DNA from: Nitrosopumilus sp.
GTDB taxonomy: Archaea; Thermoproteota; Nitrososphaeria; Nitrososphaerales; Nitrosopumilaceae
DNA: 64,000 bases
Direction of reading: 5' to 3'
Assembly (NCBI GenBank): GCA_965214775.1
Contig: OZ243974.1
Span: 2,752,001 to 2,816,000 of the forward strand
A program made the position numbers and the translations under genes. Below, in pieces: positions 1 through 10,988 of this stretch (the stretch's first letter is position 1; each line of letters starts with the position of its first letter). The notes under the pieces were generated by a model, which searched no databases, was not told the DNA's origin, and saw nothing but the letters and a program-made list of their open reading frames with translations.

Positions 1-1111
1 TTTCGTGGGCAACGATCTGCTGTGTTCTGAGGGCAATTTTTGCAGATTCCTCGGTCGGAAGTGCAAGTGCCTCGTCCCTAGAGTTTGTGTGCAGTGACTG
101 GGTGCCGCCGGCAACTGCGGCCATTGTTTGAATTGCAACTCGGACAATGTTGTTGTCAGGTTGCTGGGCAGCAAGGGACTCGCCGCTTGTCTGCGTATGG
201 AACTTCAGCTGTAACGAACGGGGGTTTTTTGCATGGAACATCTCTTTTAGGATTTTTGCATACACCTTTCTTGCGACTCTAAACTTTGCAACCTCCTCAA
301 AGAATTCCATTGTACAGCAGAAAAAGAACGACAGCCTGGGCGCAAAGTCATCAATCTTCAAGTCTTGATCAAGGCAGGTTTGGATGTATGCAATGGCGTT
401 GGCCAACGTGAATGCGACCTCTTGGGTTGCAGTACATCCAGCTTCCCTCATATGATAGCCGGAGATCGAGACAGGATACCACAGGGGAACCTTTTGCGCA
501 CAGTATCCAATCATGTCACCGATCAACCTCATCGAAGGCTGTGGAGGATAGATGTAGGTGTTTCTTGCAATGTATTCCTTGAGAATGTCGTTCTGAGTCG
601 TTCCGCGCAATTCATGGCTTTTAAAGCCCTGTGATTCGCCGACTGCAATATAGTATGCCAGCAGAGTCGATGCAGTGGAATTGATCGTCATAGAGGAGCT
701 GACATTTCCAAGGGGAATGCCGTCAAAGGCAGTCATCATGTCCCTGATAGAAGTAATTGACACGCCGACTTTTCCGACCTCGCCTTCTGCCTGCGGGGAA
801 TCAGAGTCATATCCAATCTGAGTAGGCAAATCAAAGGCCATGCTAAGACCGGTTTGTCCTTTTTCGAGCATGAACTTGAACCGCTCATTTGTGAGTCTTG
901 CATCCCCAAAACCAGAATACTGGCGCATGGTCCAGAATCTGTCACGATACATTCCCGGATGAATCCCTCTGGTAAACGGGAATTTTCCAGAGTCTTCGCT
1001 TGGACGCCTCTTTGATGACTTTAGATAGATTCGTTTTACCAGAAAGTTGGAATCCGTGAAAAATCTCTTTTCGGGATCTCTTGGTTTTTTTGCTTTCCTT
1101 GCTGCTGCCAT
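1..1111 (-). CDS. mcmA: Methylmalonyl-CoA mutase large subunit (runs off the window start)
   Basis: Not in the ORF track. My translation from ATG 1111: [23 protein letters not shown]...[26 protein letters not shown]...[20 protein letters not shown], the typical MCM N-terminus. Next to meaB. Confidence 0.95.
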   Translation of the reverse strand, partial: MAAARKAKKPRDPEKRFFTDSNFLVKRIYLKSSKRRPSEDSGKFPFTRGIHPGMYRDRFWTMRQYSGFGDARLTNERFKFMLEKGQTGLSMAFDLPTQIGYDSDSPQAEGEVGKVGVSITSIRDMMTAFDGIPLGNVSSSMTINSTASTLLAYYIAVGESQGFKSHELRGTTQNDILKEYIARNTYIYPPQPSMRLIGDMIGYCAQKVPLWYPVSISGYHMREAGCTATQEVAFTLANAIAYIQTCLDQDLKIDDFAPRLSFFFCCTMEFFEEVAKFRVARKVYAKILKEMFHAKNPRSLQLKFHTQTSGESLAAQQPDNNIVRVAIQTMAAVAGGTQSLHTNSRDEALALPTEESAKIALRTQQIVAHE

Positions 1112-1116
1112 TTACA

Positions 1117-2037
1117 TCACTTTAGCAACGACTTTGTAATTTTATCTCCGGCCTGATACGGATCCATGGCCTTTGACTGCAGTTTCAAAAGATATTTTGG
1201 GAACGCCTTGTCTGATTTGAGCATATCATCAATCTTTTCGCGGATGTTATTTAAAATGATATCCTTTAGTTCGGATTCCAGTCGTTCTTGGTCCTTCTGC
1301 TTTTTCGTTTTCTTTTTGGCAGCCATCATATCCTTGAGGGTTTTTGCAAACTCGTTGATTCCACCGGCATTCTTCTTTGCAGAGGTTTTCAGTATTGCTG
1401 GATTTTTCTCCGAGTCGCCAATAAAGTCCCGGACTGCATCAAACAGATGGTTTGCCCCACTCAAGTCACTCTTGTTGACAAGGTAGATATCACCGATTTC
1501 TGTCAGTCCGGCCTTGATTGTTTGGATGCCATCACCGGTGTGAGGGCTAAACACCACAACGGTGATGTCTGCAATGTTGGAAATTTCTATTTCGGTCTGT
1601 CCGGCACCGACGCTTTCAATTATTATCGGATCGAATCCGGCATACTCCAAGACACGAATGCAGTTTCGCAATGAGCGAGAGACTGCACCTGTTGCGCCAC
1701 GTGATGCGATGCTTCGAATGTATGTTCCAGAGTCGGTGGATTCAGTCATCCTGACTCTGTCGCCCAATATCGCACCGCCGGTAACATGGCTTGTAGGATC
1801 AACTGCCAGGACTGCGGGTTTTGTGCGCAGTTTTTTCATTGCAACGGCAGTCTTGTCAATTAGCGAGCTTTTTCCCGCGCCTGCAGGACCGGTGATTCCG
1901 ATGATGCTAGAGTTTCCCGTGTCTTTGTAGATTTTCCTCAAGAGTTTTTTTGCCTGCACTGGATCGTTTTCAACGATTGTTATTGCTTTTGCAATGGCAC
2001 CTCGTTTTCCTTTCTTCAGGTCGGCAAGCAAGTTCAA
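1117..2037 (-). CDS. meaB: MeaB/ArgK GTPase, methylmalonyl-CoA mutase chaperone
   Basis: GITGPAGAGKSS P-loop, AVDPTSHVTGGAILGDRVRM, ESVGAGQ, NKSD. Likely TTG start 2037 (ORF track extends to 2130). Confidence 0.93.
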   Translation of the reverse strand: MNLLADLKKGKRGAIAKAITIVENDPVQAKKLLRKIYKDTGNSSIIGITGPAGAGKSSLIDKTAVAMKKLRTKPAVLAVDPTSHVTGGAILGDRVRMTESTDSGTYIRSIASRGATGAVSRSLRNCIRVLEYAGFDPIIIESVGAGQTEIEISNIADITVVVFSPHTGDGIQTIKAGLTEIGDIYLVNKSDLSGANHLFDAVRDFIGDSEKNPAILKTSAKKNAGGINEFAKTLKDMMAAKKKTKKQKDQERLESELKDIILNNIREKIDDMLKSDKAFPKYLLKLQSKAMDPYQAGDKITKSLLK

Positions 2038-2213
2038 TACAGAATAGACTTTGGAGGTGCAATAAAATCTTGTTTCTGATATGCTCCTGGCAGACGTGCC
2101 TGATTCCTGCCGTGCAGGCGACGGCAACACACGGATCTGCTGAAGGCGGCATGATTAGTTGAACTGTCGGATCCAGAGCCGTCTTACGATGCTGCATCTC
2201 CGGGAATGCAGGG

Positions 2214-2651
2214 TTATGGTGCAGAGAAGATTACCGGGGGGTGAGGAGGCAGTTGGCCATGTGGACGAACCTCTGTTTTGATTTGAACATGTCCAAGTTC
2301 CGGATGCTCTACCTCCAGTACGACAGGATGAACCTTCCATCCGTATTTGGGAAGTATTGGAAACGGGACAATTTCGATAAATTCGTGACCAGAAAAACTT
2401 TTTTGAAATGACTCTTTCATTCCAAGAACTTCCATGACCACTGATTCGGTTTGTTCTGATTTATCAGAAAACGAGACCTCTATGTGGCCTGTGTCATAAT
2501 AGACGGCATTTACATCAAATGTCTGGCGATAGACGGCATTCTTGTCGTCGTCATCATCATCAAGCCATCCCCCTCCTCCGCCTGTAAGCAGCAATATTGC
2601 CAAGACAGTAAACACTCCAAGAAATATAGGAGCTCTGAGTTTTTTAGCCAT
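2214..2651 (-). CDS. Hypothetical membrane-anchored or exported protein
   Basis: 145 aa, N-terminal hydrophobic segment then poly-G/poly-D; overlaps the stop of the aminopeptidase gene. Confidence 0.75.
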   Translation of the reverse strand: MAKKLRAPIFLGVFTVLAILLLTGGGGGWLDDDDDDKNAVYRQTFDVNAVYYDTGHIEVSFSDKSEQTESVVMEVLGMKESFQKSFSGHEFIEIVPFPILPKYGWKVHPVVLEVEHPELGHVQIKTEVRPHGQLPPHPPVIFSAP

Positions 2652-5151
2652 TGAATTCGTCTCTCATGCTTCTCAAGAACTTTGAATTGATTCGGATTCG
2701 TTCCAGGGTTTGTGCCTGGGTTCTTTCTGTTCCCGGGGCAGGATTCTTTTTGAAAAACTGCCTGATCTCTTTTTCCATGGAATCATCAGCCACAAGAGGG
2801 ATGCTTGCAATGATTCTGTTGAACAAGGGATTCCCATGTCCAATTTTTTTGTTTAACTTTTTCCAGTTCTTCTTTAGCCAAGGCCACAAAACCTTATCGC
2901 CGTACGGATTTGCAGCAACTTTCATGACGGGCAACTGCATGTTTTGGGAGCGAACGTGCGGTGTTTGAGAGAAATTAAGTGATTTTATCAGTAATGTGGA
3001 AGATCGGAAGCTGCACATTGCGCCCAGGAAGCGCAGCTTCTCCTCCATGGTTTTTGCGTTCTTGTACAGATTTACCAGTTGTGTATGTGTTGTAGAATTT
3101 CCATTCCAGGCTGCAATCGAGCAGACCGGCTCGACCAAATCAGGGGACAGCGAGCTTGGAGATCTTAGAAGCTTTTTGTAGCGTCTCAAAGCCTCTTTGG
3201 TTACGTCTCGGTCATTCATTCTTCCCAGTGCGGAGATTGTAAATGAGCGAAGCAATGCGTCGGTGTGCCTGTCTGATGGTCTTGCATCCCACCCGAGATT
3301 GCGCAGTATTTTTCTAAAGTAATTGACCACATATCCCTTAATCTCTTCGGAGAATTTTTCTTTAAATGCTCGGAGGTACAGCGAGTCAAGATTGTGTGCA
3401 ACATTTACGGATGCAAGATAACTGTCCTCCTCAAGATAGGCATCTGAAAAATCCAGATAGTCCCTGACATTCTCATCGCCAGATATGCACAGTGAGAAGA
3501 GATCATTTTGTATTGCCCACCTGTCAACTGCGGGAATCTTCTTTTCGTCTACCAGCATTTTAAGATCAAGCAAAATGCCTTGATCATACTTTACGCGATA
3601 AAAGCCTCTTCGCCCAAAATTAACGACAGGTCCCACCACGGCATTTCTTGGAATTTTGATGTTGGCAGTTTTGCTTTTCAAAAGATTCTTCGAGATTTCC
3701 CGGTCAAGTCCAACTGAGAGTGGGATTGACCACAGTCCCTTTGAGAATCTCTTGTCTGGTTCTAGCAGGTATCGGCCCTGTTCTAACTTCAGACGGGCTC
3801 CATCCTGATTCACCGTAACTAGCGGAAAACCAGGCTGCCTTAGCCACGTGTTGACCACAGAGGAGACCGGCATGTTTGATGCCCTGCCAATGGCGTTCCA
3901 CAGATCTTGGCCTTCGGCGTTTTTGTATTTGAAATCAGAGAGGTATCTTTTGAGGCCTTTTCTAAAGTTAGGCTCGCCAACATAATGCTCAAGCATTCGC
4001 AAAACGCATCCGCCCTTGTCATAAGATATGGCATCAAAGATCTCGCGAATCTCTGCAGGAGAATTCACTTTAACGTCGATTGGATGGGTTGTTTTCAGCG
4101 CGTCAAGATCCATTGCGGTGTTCATTGCATCCTCAACAAACTGGTCCCACATGTCCCATTCGGGATAGAATTTGTCTATAAATTTGGTTGCCATAAACGT
4201 TGCAAAGCTTTCATTGAGCCACAGATCATTCCACCATTTCATGGTTACAAGGTTTCCGAACCACTGGTGTGCAATCTCATGAGAGAGTACTTCGGCGATG
4301 AACTGTTTGGTTCTGGTAGACGATGTCTTTTGATCATACAGAAGAATGGTCTCTCGAAAGGTTATAGCCCCCCAGTTTTCCATAGCGCCTGCTGCAAAAT
4401 CAGGAACTGCAATCAGATCAAGCTTTGGAAGAGGGTACCTTATTCCAAAGTATTTTTCGTATGAGACAAGCAACTTTTTTGCCAGGTCAAAAGAAAATCT
4501 TCCCCTTGAACTGTTTCCCTTGGTGGTGACTATACGAATCTGGGTTTTGCCAATCCAGCTTGCAAGGTACTCAAATTCGCCGACCCCAAGATAGATCAGG
4601 TATGTAGAGACCACAGGGGTTTTTGCAAAACGATACAACGTCTTGGAGCCAAGTCTTGTCTTTGATTTGACTGGCATGTTTGAGATTGCCGTGAAGTTGT
4701 TGTCGGCAATTATGGAGATGTCAAATGTGGCCTTGGCCTGAGGCTCGTCCCAAGACGGGAATGCACGCCTTGCATCGGCCGCCTCAAACTGCGTCGTGGC
4801 CAGGTATTTTGTCTTGCCGCCTTGAGTGTACTGGCTTCTGTAGAATCCCAACAGCCTGTCATTTAAGACGCCTTGAAATTCAAGATCAATTGTGGCCTTG
4901 CCTTTGATTTTTCGGGACAGCCTGATTTGTAACTCTTCTTTCTTCTCGTTTGTCTTGAAGGATGACCTGATTGTCTCACCAGAATGGGTTGTTACAGAGC
5001 AGGTCTTAATTTTGATTTCAGCACAGTTCATCGAAATCACCAAGGTGGGTTTTTTACAGTTTACAGAAATCTTTTCAGTACCTTCAAAAACAAACCTTTT
5101 CAGATCAGGCTCAAATGTCAATTCATAGTTGGTCGGAATTACGGCGTCCAT
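2644..5151 (-). CDS. M1-family zinc aminopeptidase (tricorn-interacting factor F2/F3 / puromycin-sensitive-like)
   Basis: GAMENWG exopeptidase motif and HEIAHQW...WLNESFA (HEXXH-18-E). Confidence 0.96.
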   Translation of the reverse strand: MDAVIPTNYELTFEPDLKRFVFEGTEKISVNCKKPTLVISMNCAEIKIKTCSVTTHSGETIRSSFKTNEKKEELQIRLSRKIKGKATIDLEFQGVLNDRLLGFYRSQYTQGGKTKYLATTQFEAADARRAFPSWDEPQAKATFDISIIADNNFTAISNMPVKSKTRLGSKTLYRFAKTPVVSTYLIYLGVGEFEYLASWIGKTQIRIVTTKGNSSRGRFSFDLAKKLLVSYEKYFGIRYPLPKLDLIAVPDFAAGAMENWGAITFRETILLYDQKTSSTRTKQFIAEVLSHEIAHQWFGNLVTMKWWNDLWLNESFATFMATKFIDKFYPEWDMWDQFVEDAMNTAMDLDALKTTHPIDVKVNSPAEIREIFDAISYDKGGCVLRMLEHYVGEPNFRKGLKRYLSDFKYKNAEGQDLWNAIGRASNMPVSSVVNTWLRQPGFPLVTVNQDGARLKLEQGRYLLEPDKRFSKGLWSIPLSVGLDREISKNLLKSKTANIKIPRNAVVGPVVNFGRRGFYRVKYDQGILLDLKMLVDEKKIPAVDRWAIQNDLFSLCISGDENVRDYLDFSDAYLEEDSYLASVNVAHNLDSLYLRAFKEKFSEEIKGYVVNYFRKILRNLGWDARPSDRHTDALLRSFTISALGRMNDRDVTKEALRRYKKLLRSPSSLSPDLVEPVCSIAAWNGNSTTHTQLVNLYKNAKTMEEKLRFLGAMCSFRSSTLLIKSLNFSQTPHVRSQNMQLPVMKVAANPYGDKVLWPWLKKNWKKLNKKIGHGNPLFNRIIASIPLVADDSMEKEIRQFFKKNPAPGTERTQAQTLERIRINSKFLRSMRDEFNG

Positions 5152-5370
5152 AAGAGACGTATTTTCAGTAGGCCATAAGAATATTTTCCATGTCTGTTAA
5201 ATCATGTCCGAAGACCCAGTGATCCCAAGATGTGTTTTTGCAGACCCGATGCGGCATCATCATCATCACCATCACCGCCGCTACTGCTTTCTGCGATCAT
5301 TTGTAAGCGAGTTTGCAGTATATGCAATGCACGCGGCAAAAGCATCATCAGTACAATCCCTTGCATCCTG

Positions 5371-5507
5371 AGAGTTGATTCGAAATTAGAAACCGTGCAA
5401 ATTTTTCAAGTAATTTCACAGATAATCTGCATTTTGTTGGTGTTTTGAGCCGTTCTATGCAAATTCGTTGACATGTAATCAGAGTCTGCTAATTTCAAAC
5501 CAACTCT
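5371..5507. mobile_element. MITE family A (137 bp)
   Basis: Imperfect TIRs AGAGTTGATTCGAAATTAG / CTAATTTCAAACCAACTCT; near-colinear second copy at 24333-24469. Confidence 0.8.
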
Positions 5508-5830
5508 GCAAATCCGCCTCGCATGGATTCCACATCCATGAACAGAGCAGCAAAAGCCACAGCAGTCCTCCACAGAGGCTGTCATGGGTTGGTTCGCAAC
5601 AGCTTGGGCTCTGGAAGTTCAGGCGCAAATTTTGCCACCAAAAAGGACTGTTCAAACAGAATTTGTGCCTAAAACCAGAAACAGCTTCCAGAACCCGATC
5701 AGTTACGCTGGTTCCTGATCTGCCAGAATTCCTGAAAGCCGTTGGGATGCCACATGGAAGGCATGCAAAAGGGCGGAAATTCGGAAAAAAAGGATGCAGA
5801 TTGAGTCAAGTAAACGGGATCAGGCAGGCA

Positions 5831-5918
5831 TAGTACGCACATCAAAAATTGGAACATGATTTTGGCATGTTGTGCCTATTTTGGCACAAAAATGTTTGAT
5901 TTTCAACTGTGCGCACTA
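5831..5918. mobile_element. MITE family B (~88 bp)
   Basis: TIRs TAGTACGCACA / TGTGCGCACTA; right half similar to 16582-16639. Confidence 0.6.
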
Positions 5919-6079
5919 CAGGCCAACAGCGGCAGCATCGGCAGAAGCCTGACGACAGAAGAGTTGCTGCATGTCTTGCCATTGTTCCCTTGGTCACCAC
6001 AAACCCGGTCTCAATTCTAAGAAAATCTGTTCAACGATTCACGTTATTTTTAAGTAGGGCACGAAAATCAGATCAACGC

Positions 6080-6862
6080 ATGGTATCTGGCAACCAAATC
6101 AGACTGAATCGAATCTTAAGAGAAGGAAGAATGCTCTGCATTCCGATGGATCACGGGATTTCAAACGGACCCATCGAGGGTCTTGAAGACCCCGCATCAA
6201 CGATTTACAGATGTGAAGGACACGGACTTACAAGCGTAATCATCAACAAGGGAATTCTCAAAGCCATGCCAAAACCCACAAAGATTGGAGTCTTGGTTCA
6301 CTTTTCAAGCAGTACGTCACTGTCATTGTCTCCAAACAGAAAGATGCTGACAGGAACCGTTAAAGAGGCAGCAGCAATGGGTGCAGACGGAGTTTCGCTT
6401 CACATCAACATAGGTGGAAGAGAGGAGTCAGAGATGCTAGAGCAGCTTGGAATGACAGCTGATCAGTGTCACAGATGGGGAATGCCGCTTTTAGCAATGA
6501 TGTATCCCAGAGGGGAGAACGTCAGGAATCCGCATGATCCAGAAATTGTAGCGCACGCTGCAAGAATCGGAGCAGAGTGCGGTGCGGACATTGTAAAGAC
6601 GGTATACACAGGGGACGTGGATTCATTTTCAAGAATCGTAAAGAGCACGCCGGTACCAATCGTAATTGCCGGCGGCCCAAAGACAGAAACAGATATGGAC
6701 ATCCTTCAAATGACCGAGGATGCGATGACTGCCGGGGCAAAAGGCGTCACATACGGGCGAAACATCTTTGCCCACAAGACTCCTGAAAAAATGGTCGAGG
6801 CACTAGCTGAAATTATTTTCAAGAGGGAAACTGCAAAGGAAGCAATGAAGAGAATTGAGTAA
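6080..6862 (+). CDS. 2-amino-3,7-dideoxy-D-threo-hept-6-ulosonate synthase (archaeal AroA', class I aldolase)
   Basis: [26 protein letters not shown]; first gene of the shikimate cluster; ATG at 6080. Confidence 0.9.
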   Translation: MVSGNQIRLNRILREGRMLCIPMDHGISNGPIEGLEDPASTIYRCEGHGLTSVIINKGILKAMPKPTKIGVLVHFSSSTSLSLSPNRKMLTGTVKEAAAMGADGVSLHINIGGREESEMLEQLGMTADQCHRWGMPLLAMMYPRGENVRNPHDPEIVAHAARIGAECGADIVKTVYTGDVDSFSRIVKSTPVPIVIAGGPKTETDMDILQMTEDAMTAGAKGVTYGRNIFAHKTPEKMVEALAEIIFKRETAKEAMKRIE

Positions 6863-7916
6863 AACAAGGGAGCTGATCATTTTGCCAAAAGGCTCACAGG
6901 CACAGTTAGACAAGTTTCTTCCGCAGTTAGAGGCAGAAGGAGTCAGGACGGCTTATCTTGATCCGAAAAAACTGGAAAAAAAGAGATCAAAACTCCAAAC
7001 AGTCTATCCCTCAAATGACGCAAACTTTGTGGTTCTTGAAAAAGAGAGCGCGGTAAAGCCAAAGGGAAAGAAGGCAGGAAGAAGATTTCAGGTTCTTTCA
7101 AATTCAGACATCGAAGACGTTCTCAATGCCGCAAAGAAGGGATTGGACTTTGTAATTGTAGAGGTCAAAGACTGGAAGATCATCCCGCTAGAAAACATCA
7201 TTGCCAAGCTTCACAAAATCCATACCAAGATTTTTGCAACGGCAGGAACTCCCAAGGAGGTTCGAAAGATGTTTTCAGTTTTGGAGATAGGGGTAGACGG
7301 GGTAATCTTTAGCACGTCGTCAATCAACGAGGTCAGAGAGGCAATGATCTATCTGGGAACCAGAAGCTTTGAGATGAAGCCGGCAAAGATCATCCAGATC
7401 AAAGAGGCAGGAGACGGAGAAAGGGTCTGTGTCGATACTGCATCTATGCTTCACAAAGGAGAGGGAATGCTTGTCGGAAACAGATCGAACTTTTTGTTTT
7501 TGGTACACAACGAATCAGTCGGCTCATCCTTTACATCGCCAAGACCGTTCAGAGTAAATGCGGGGGCAGTCCACTGCTATACGCTGTCACCAGACGGGAC
7601 GACCAGTTATCTGTCCGAAGTCGAGACGGGTTCTGAAGTCTTGATTCTCAATTCAAAAGGAAAAGCCAGAAGGGCCACCGTAGGAAGGTCAAAGATTGAG
7701 CGCAGGCCAATGCTAATGATAAAGGCATCAGCAGGGGGGGAGATCGGCGGGATTATTGCCCAGGATGCAGAGACTATCAGATTTGTAAAACAAAACGGAC
7801 AGCTGGTCTCTGTGACCCATCTCAAAAAGGGCGACACGATAATGGTTCATGCAAGACCGGCCACCGGAAGACACTTTGGTATGGAAGTTTCAGACGAGTA
7901 CATACTGGAAAAATAA
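6855..7916 (+). CDS. 3-dehydroquinate synthase II (AroB')
   Basis: DWKIIPLENIIA, RVCVDTAS, RPFRVNAGAVH, QDAETIR, GRHFG. Confidence 0.95.
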   Translation: MSKTRELIILPKGSQAQLDKFLPQLEAEGVRTAYLDPKKLEKKRSKLQTVYPSNDANFVVLEKESAVKPKGKKAGRRFQVLSNSDIEDVLNAAKKGLDFVIVEVKDWKIIPLENIIAKLHKIHTKIFATAGTPKEVRKMFSVLEIGVDGVIFSTSSINEVREAMIYLGTRSFEMKPAKIIQIKEAGDGERVCVDTASMLHKGEGMLVGNRSNFLFLVHNESVGSSFTSPRPFRVNAGAVHCYTLSPDGTTSYLSEVETGSEVLILNSKGKARRATVGRSKIERRPMLMIKASAGGEIGGIIAQDAETIRFVKQNGQLVSVTHLKKGDTIMVHARPATGRHFGMEVSDEYILEK

Positions 7917-7939
7917 AAAATGAAACGAGATGAAAAGAA

Positions 7940-8617
7940 ATGGGATACAAAACCTGCGTGTCAATAGCAGAAAAAACGCCACTCAAAGTAAGACAGACTT
8001 CCAAGATTGCGCTAAAAAGATCAGACTATATCGAGGTAAGGCTTGATTTTTTAAAAGTTGAAGATATTCCAAAAACGCTCGAATTAATCAAGAAAAGCCT
8101 CGACAGGACTGTTTGCACCCTAAGACCAAGAACAGAAGGCGGACAGTTTCCCGGAAGCGAGAAAGAGAGAATCGCCATCATCAAACTGGTTGCAGAGTAC
8201 GGCCCATACCTCCTAGATGTCGAGTTTAACACGATAAAGAAAAATGCAGCCCTGGCAGGATTCCTAAAATCAACAAAGACCAAGCTCTTGATCTCATGGC
8301 ACGACTTTAAGAAGACACCGAACACGGCTGAGCTAAGAAAAAAGATGAAAGACATGAGCAGGTTTTCAGATTTTATCAAGATTGTCAGCACGGCAAGATC
8401 AACTGACGACTCTGCCAGAATGCTAGAACTGTACGGTAAAAAGGGAAGAGCCACCAACCTAATTGCATTTGCCATGGGTGATTTTGGAAGGATTTCCAGG
8501 ATTTTGTGCCTGTATTTGGGCAGTCCCTACACCTACGTATCACTGGGAAGGGCAGTGGCACCCGGCCAGTTTAGCGTCGATGAAGTAAGGAAGATCACTG
8601 ACAATCTCAAAAGATAA
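7940..8617 (+). CDS. aroD: 3-dehydroquinate dehydratase type I
   Basis: EVRLD, TLRPRTEGG, SWHDFKKTP, AMGDFGRISR, APGQ. Confidence 0.95.
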   Translation: MGYKTCVSIAEKTPLKVRQTSKIALKRSDYIEVRLDFLKVEDIPKTLELIKKSLDRTVCTLRPRTEGGQFPGSEKERIAIIKLVAEYGPYLLDVEFNTIKKNAALAGFLKSTKTKLLISWHDFKKTPNTAELRKKMKDMSRFSDFIKIVSTARSTDDSARMLELYGKKGRATNLIAFAMGDFGRISRILCLYLGSPYTYVSLGRAVAPGQFSVDEVRKITDNLKR

Positions 8618-8659
8618 AAAAATCGAGAGTTTAAATCAATCATAGTGCACTGAGATTGC

Positions 8660-9481
8660 ATGTCAAAAACGTTTGCCGTAATAGGGGATCCGATCGATCA
8701 CTCTCTTTCGCCAAACATTCACAGCGCAGCTTTTAGGGAGCTGGGTTTGGACTGCTCATACATAGCGTATAGAATTCCAAAGGACGAGCTAAAATACGGG
8801 ATCGAGGGACTGAAAAGGATTCAGATCGAGGGGTTTAATGTCACAATCCCTCACAAGATAGAGATGATGAAATACGTGGACAAGCTTGACGAGTCATGCA
8901 GTCTGGTGGGCGCAGTAAATACTGTCAAAAACAACGACGGGGTTCTAAAGGGATACAATACGGACATGGACGGGTTTTTGGATCCGTTTAAGAAAAGAGG
9001 GATTCCGATCGAGGATTCCAGGGTGCTTCTTTTAGGTGCAGGAGGGGTTGCACGTGCAATTGTAGCTGGGTTTGCAAAAGAAAAGGCAGGCGACATCACC
9101 GTTGCAAACAGAACAGTCCAAAAAGCAGAAGAGCTTGCAGAATTTTCAAAAAAGATCGGTTTGGATGCAGTATCAATGAAAATCGGGGACGTAAGAGATT
9201 CTGCAAAAAACTATGACATTATTGTAAATGCCACGTCAGTCGGACTGAAAGGCGAGAAGAGTCCGATCTCGCCAGACAGCATTGTGGAAAATACTGTCGT
9301 ATACGACGTAGTGTACATGCCAATGAATACTGACTTTATCAAAAAGGCAAAAGAGAGGGGGGCCAGGATAATTTTTGGCTATGAGATGCTCCTGGGCCAG
9401 GCAGTTCGCGCATTTGAGGTCTGGCACGGCATAAAGGCACCCTATAATGCCATGAGAAAAGCACTCCTGGGAGGAGTCTAA
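8660..9481 (+). CDS. aroE: Shikimate dehydrogenase
   Basis: GDPIDHSLSP, NVTIPHK, GAVNT, NTD, GAGGVAR. Confidence 0.97.
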   Translation: MSKTFAVIGDPIDHSLSPNIHSAAFRELGLDCSYIAYRIPKDELKYGIEGLKRIQIEGFNVTIPHKIEMMKYVDKLDESCSLVGAVNTVKNNDGVLKGYNTDMDGFLDPFKKRGIPIEDSRVLLLGAGGVARAIVAGFAKEKAGDITVANRTVQKAEELAEFSKKIGLDAVSMKIGDVRDSAKNYDIIVNATSVGLKGEKSPISPDSIVENTVVYDVVYMPMNTDFIKKAKERGARIIFGYEMLLGQAVRAFEVWHGIKAPYNAMRKALLGGV

Positions 9482-9485
9482 ACAG

Positions 9486-10343
9486 ATGGCAGGGGCAACG
9501 GCTATTGTCCACGGGGCAATCTCACTTGTAAATGCAATTGCCACACAAAAAGGCGCGACACTGGGAATCGACCTCAAAGTAAGAGTGACAGTCGAGGCAA
9601 ACAAGGGGGGGAGGGGAATCTCAATCCGCTCTGAAAACAAGAGTTTGAGTTCAAGACTGATCAACAAGACAGTAGAAAAAATAATTCCAAAAAACGAACT
9701 GCATAAAAACAAGATTGTAGTCACGCTTAATTCGGAAATTCCAACAGGATACGGACTGAAAAGCTCCAGCGCGATATCCTCAGCAGTTGCGCTGGCATGC
9801 GCTAAAATTTTCAAGCCAAAATTGACAGATCAGCAGGTTATTCTTGCAGGAGTTGATGCCTCAATCGAGTCCAAAGTAAGCATTACTGGCGCATATGATG
9901 ATGCATGCTCATGCTATTACGGCGGCTTTAACGTTACAGACAATGCAAAAAGGAAGAGGGTTCGGTTCGAAAGAGGACCAGCAAGCCTAAGAGCGGTGAT
10001 TTTTATTCCAAGAGATCGCAGACGTGGAAACCTCAAAAAACTCAAGATGTTATCCTCGGTGTTTGATAGTGCGTGGGAGCTGGCAAGAAAGGCAAACTAT
10101 TGGGAGGCAATGATCATCAACGGGTTGGCAACTGGATCAACCCTAAACTCTGATCCTAAAATAATCGCCGCGTTGGTCGAAAAGGGCGCACTGGGCGCAT
10201 CTGTTTCAGGAAACGGGCCGTCGATTGCAGCAGTTACTACAAAAGAGAATGAGTATAACGTCAAAAAGATATTTTCGTCTCTGGATGGCAAGATCATTGT
10301 TTCAAAAATAAGCAACAAAAAGGCAGAAGCTCACGAGTTGTAG
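9486..10343 (+). CDS. aroK: Archaeal GHMP-type shikimate kinase
   Basis: IPTGYGLKSSSA GHMP motif, ITGAYDDA, SVSGNGPS. Confidence 0.95.
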   Translation: MAGATAIVHGAISLVNAIATQKGATLGIDLKVRVTVEANKGGRGISIRSENKSLSSRLINKTVEKIIPKNELHKNKIVVTLNSEIPTGYGLKSSSAISSAVALACAKIFKPKLTDQQVILAGVDASIESKVSITGAYDDACSCYYGGFNVTDNAKRKRVRFERGPASLRAVIFIPRDRRRGNLKKLKMLSSVFDSAWELARKANYWEAMIINGLATGSTLNSDPKIIAALVEKGALGASVSGNGPSIAAVTTKENEYNVKKIFSSLDGKIIVSKISNKKAEAHEL

Positions 10344-10640
10344 AATTTCAAAATCAGGGATTTTACGAGAACAGTTGGTCCTCATAACAGAGGATGATAC
10401 ACAGGGCGATTTTCCTTGCATCCTAGCAGAAAAAGAGAGCCAAAAAGAGAGTACGGCAGAAAATGGCATCCTACTGCTGCCGCCATCATCATCATCATCA
10501 TCAATAGCAGCAGACACCAGATCCGTCATGGAAACATCCACGAAATTTGGCGCAAAGACAGATAATTATTGAGCCATATCCGGCGATTGAGCGGCAGAAC
10601 GATGGAAACATCCACGAAATTTGGCGCAAAGACAGATGCC
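10333..10640 (+). pseudogene. aroA: Decayed 5' remnant of EPSP synthase
   Basis: Lies between aroK and aroC. Frameshifted pieces read (ACG)SCRISKS...HRAI.LAS/LAEKES...ADTRSVMETSTKFGAK, resembling the AroA N-terminus; the rest is missing. Confidence 0.75.
10528..10637. repeat. 36-bp exact direct repeat flanking a 38-bp unique insert
   Basis: ATGGAAACATCCACGAAATTTGGCGCAAAGACAGAT at 10528-10563 and 10602-10637. Confidence 0.92.
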
Positions 10641-10988
10641 ATCAAACAAGACCGTTTTGCAAAAAAATCAGATAAAAAAATGGAGATAAAGAGGCGCGAC
10701 CCTGTATAGAGGAATGAAAAGCCTTCTCTTCACCCTCAACGCCTTTTGCGTATACAACATGCCTTTTTCGCAGAGCCGCGCAAACTATGCGTTAAAAATT
10801 GCATGTTTTTCCATATATCGTATGAGTTATCATCATATTTAAGAATATATTGTAAATATTTGATATAATCAGACTAGTTATTGTAAATTTTAAAGATGTG
10901 TAGATATTGATGAAAAGGATGGCAGTTACGCAAAAGTTTTTCAAATTTTTCAGAATGAGGAATTATAAGCATCATCTTGCAACGATAG

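Noticed and set aside
85-945. Short ORF-track ORFs here and antisense ORFs across the backbone and IS genes
   Set aside because: Shadows of longer genes with clear motifs on the opposite strand or another frame.
10528-10637. Canonical CRISPR array call for the repeat-insert-repeat units
   Set aside because: Only two repeats each, different sequence at each locus, no leader or cas genes seen; kept as a finding instead.
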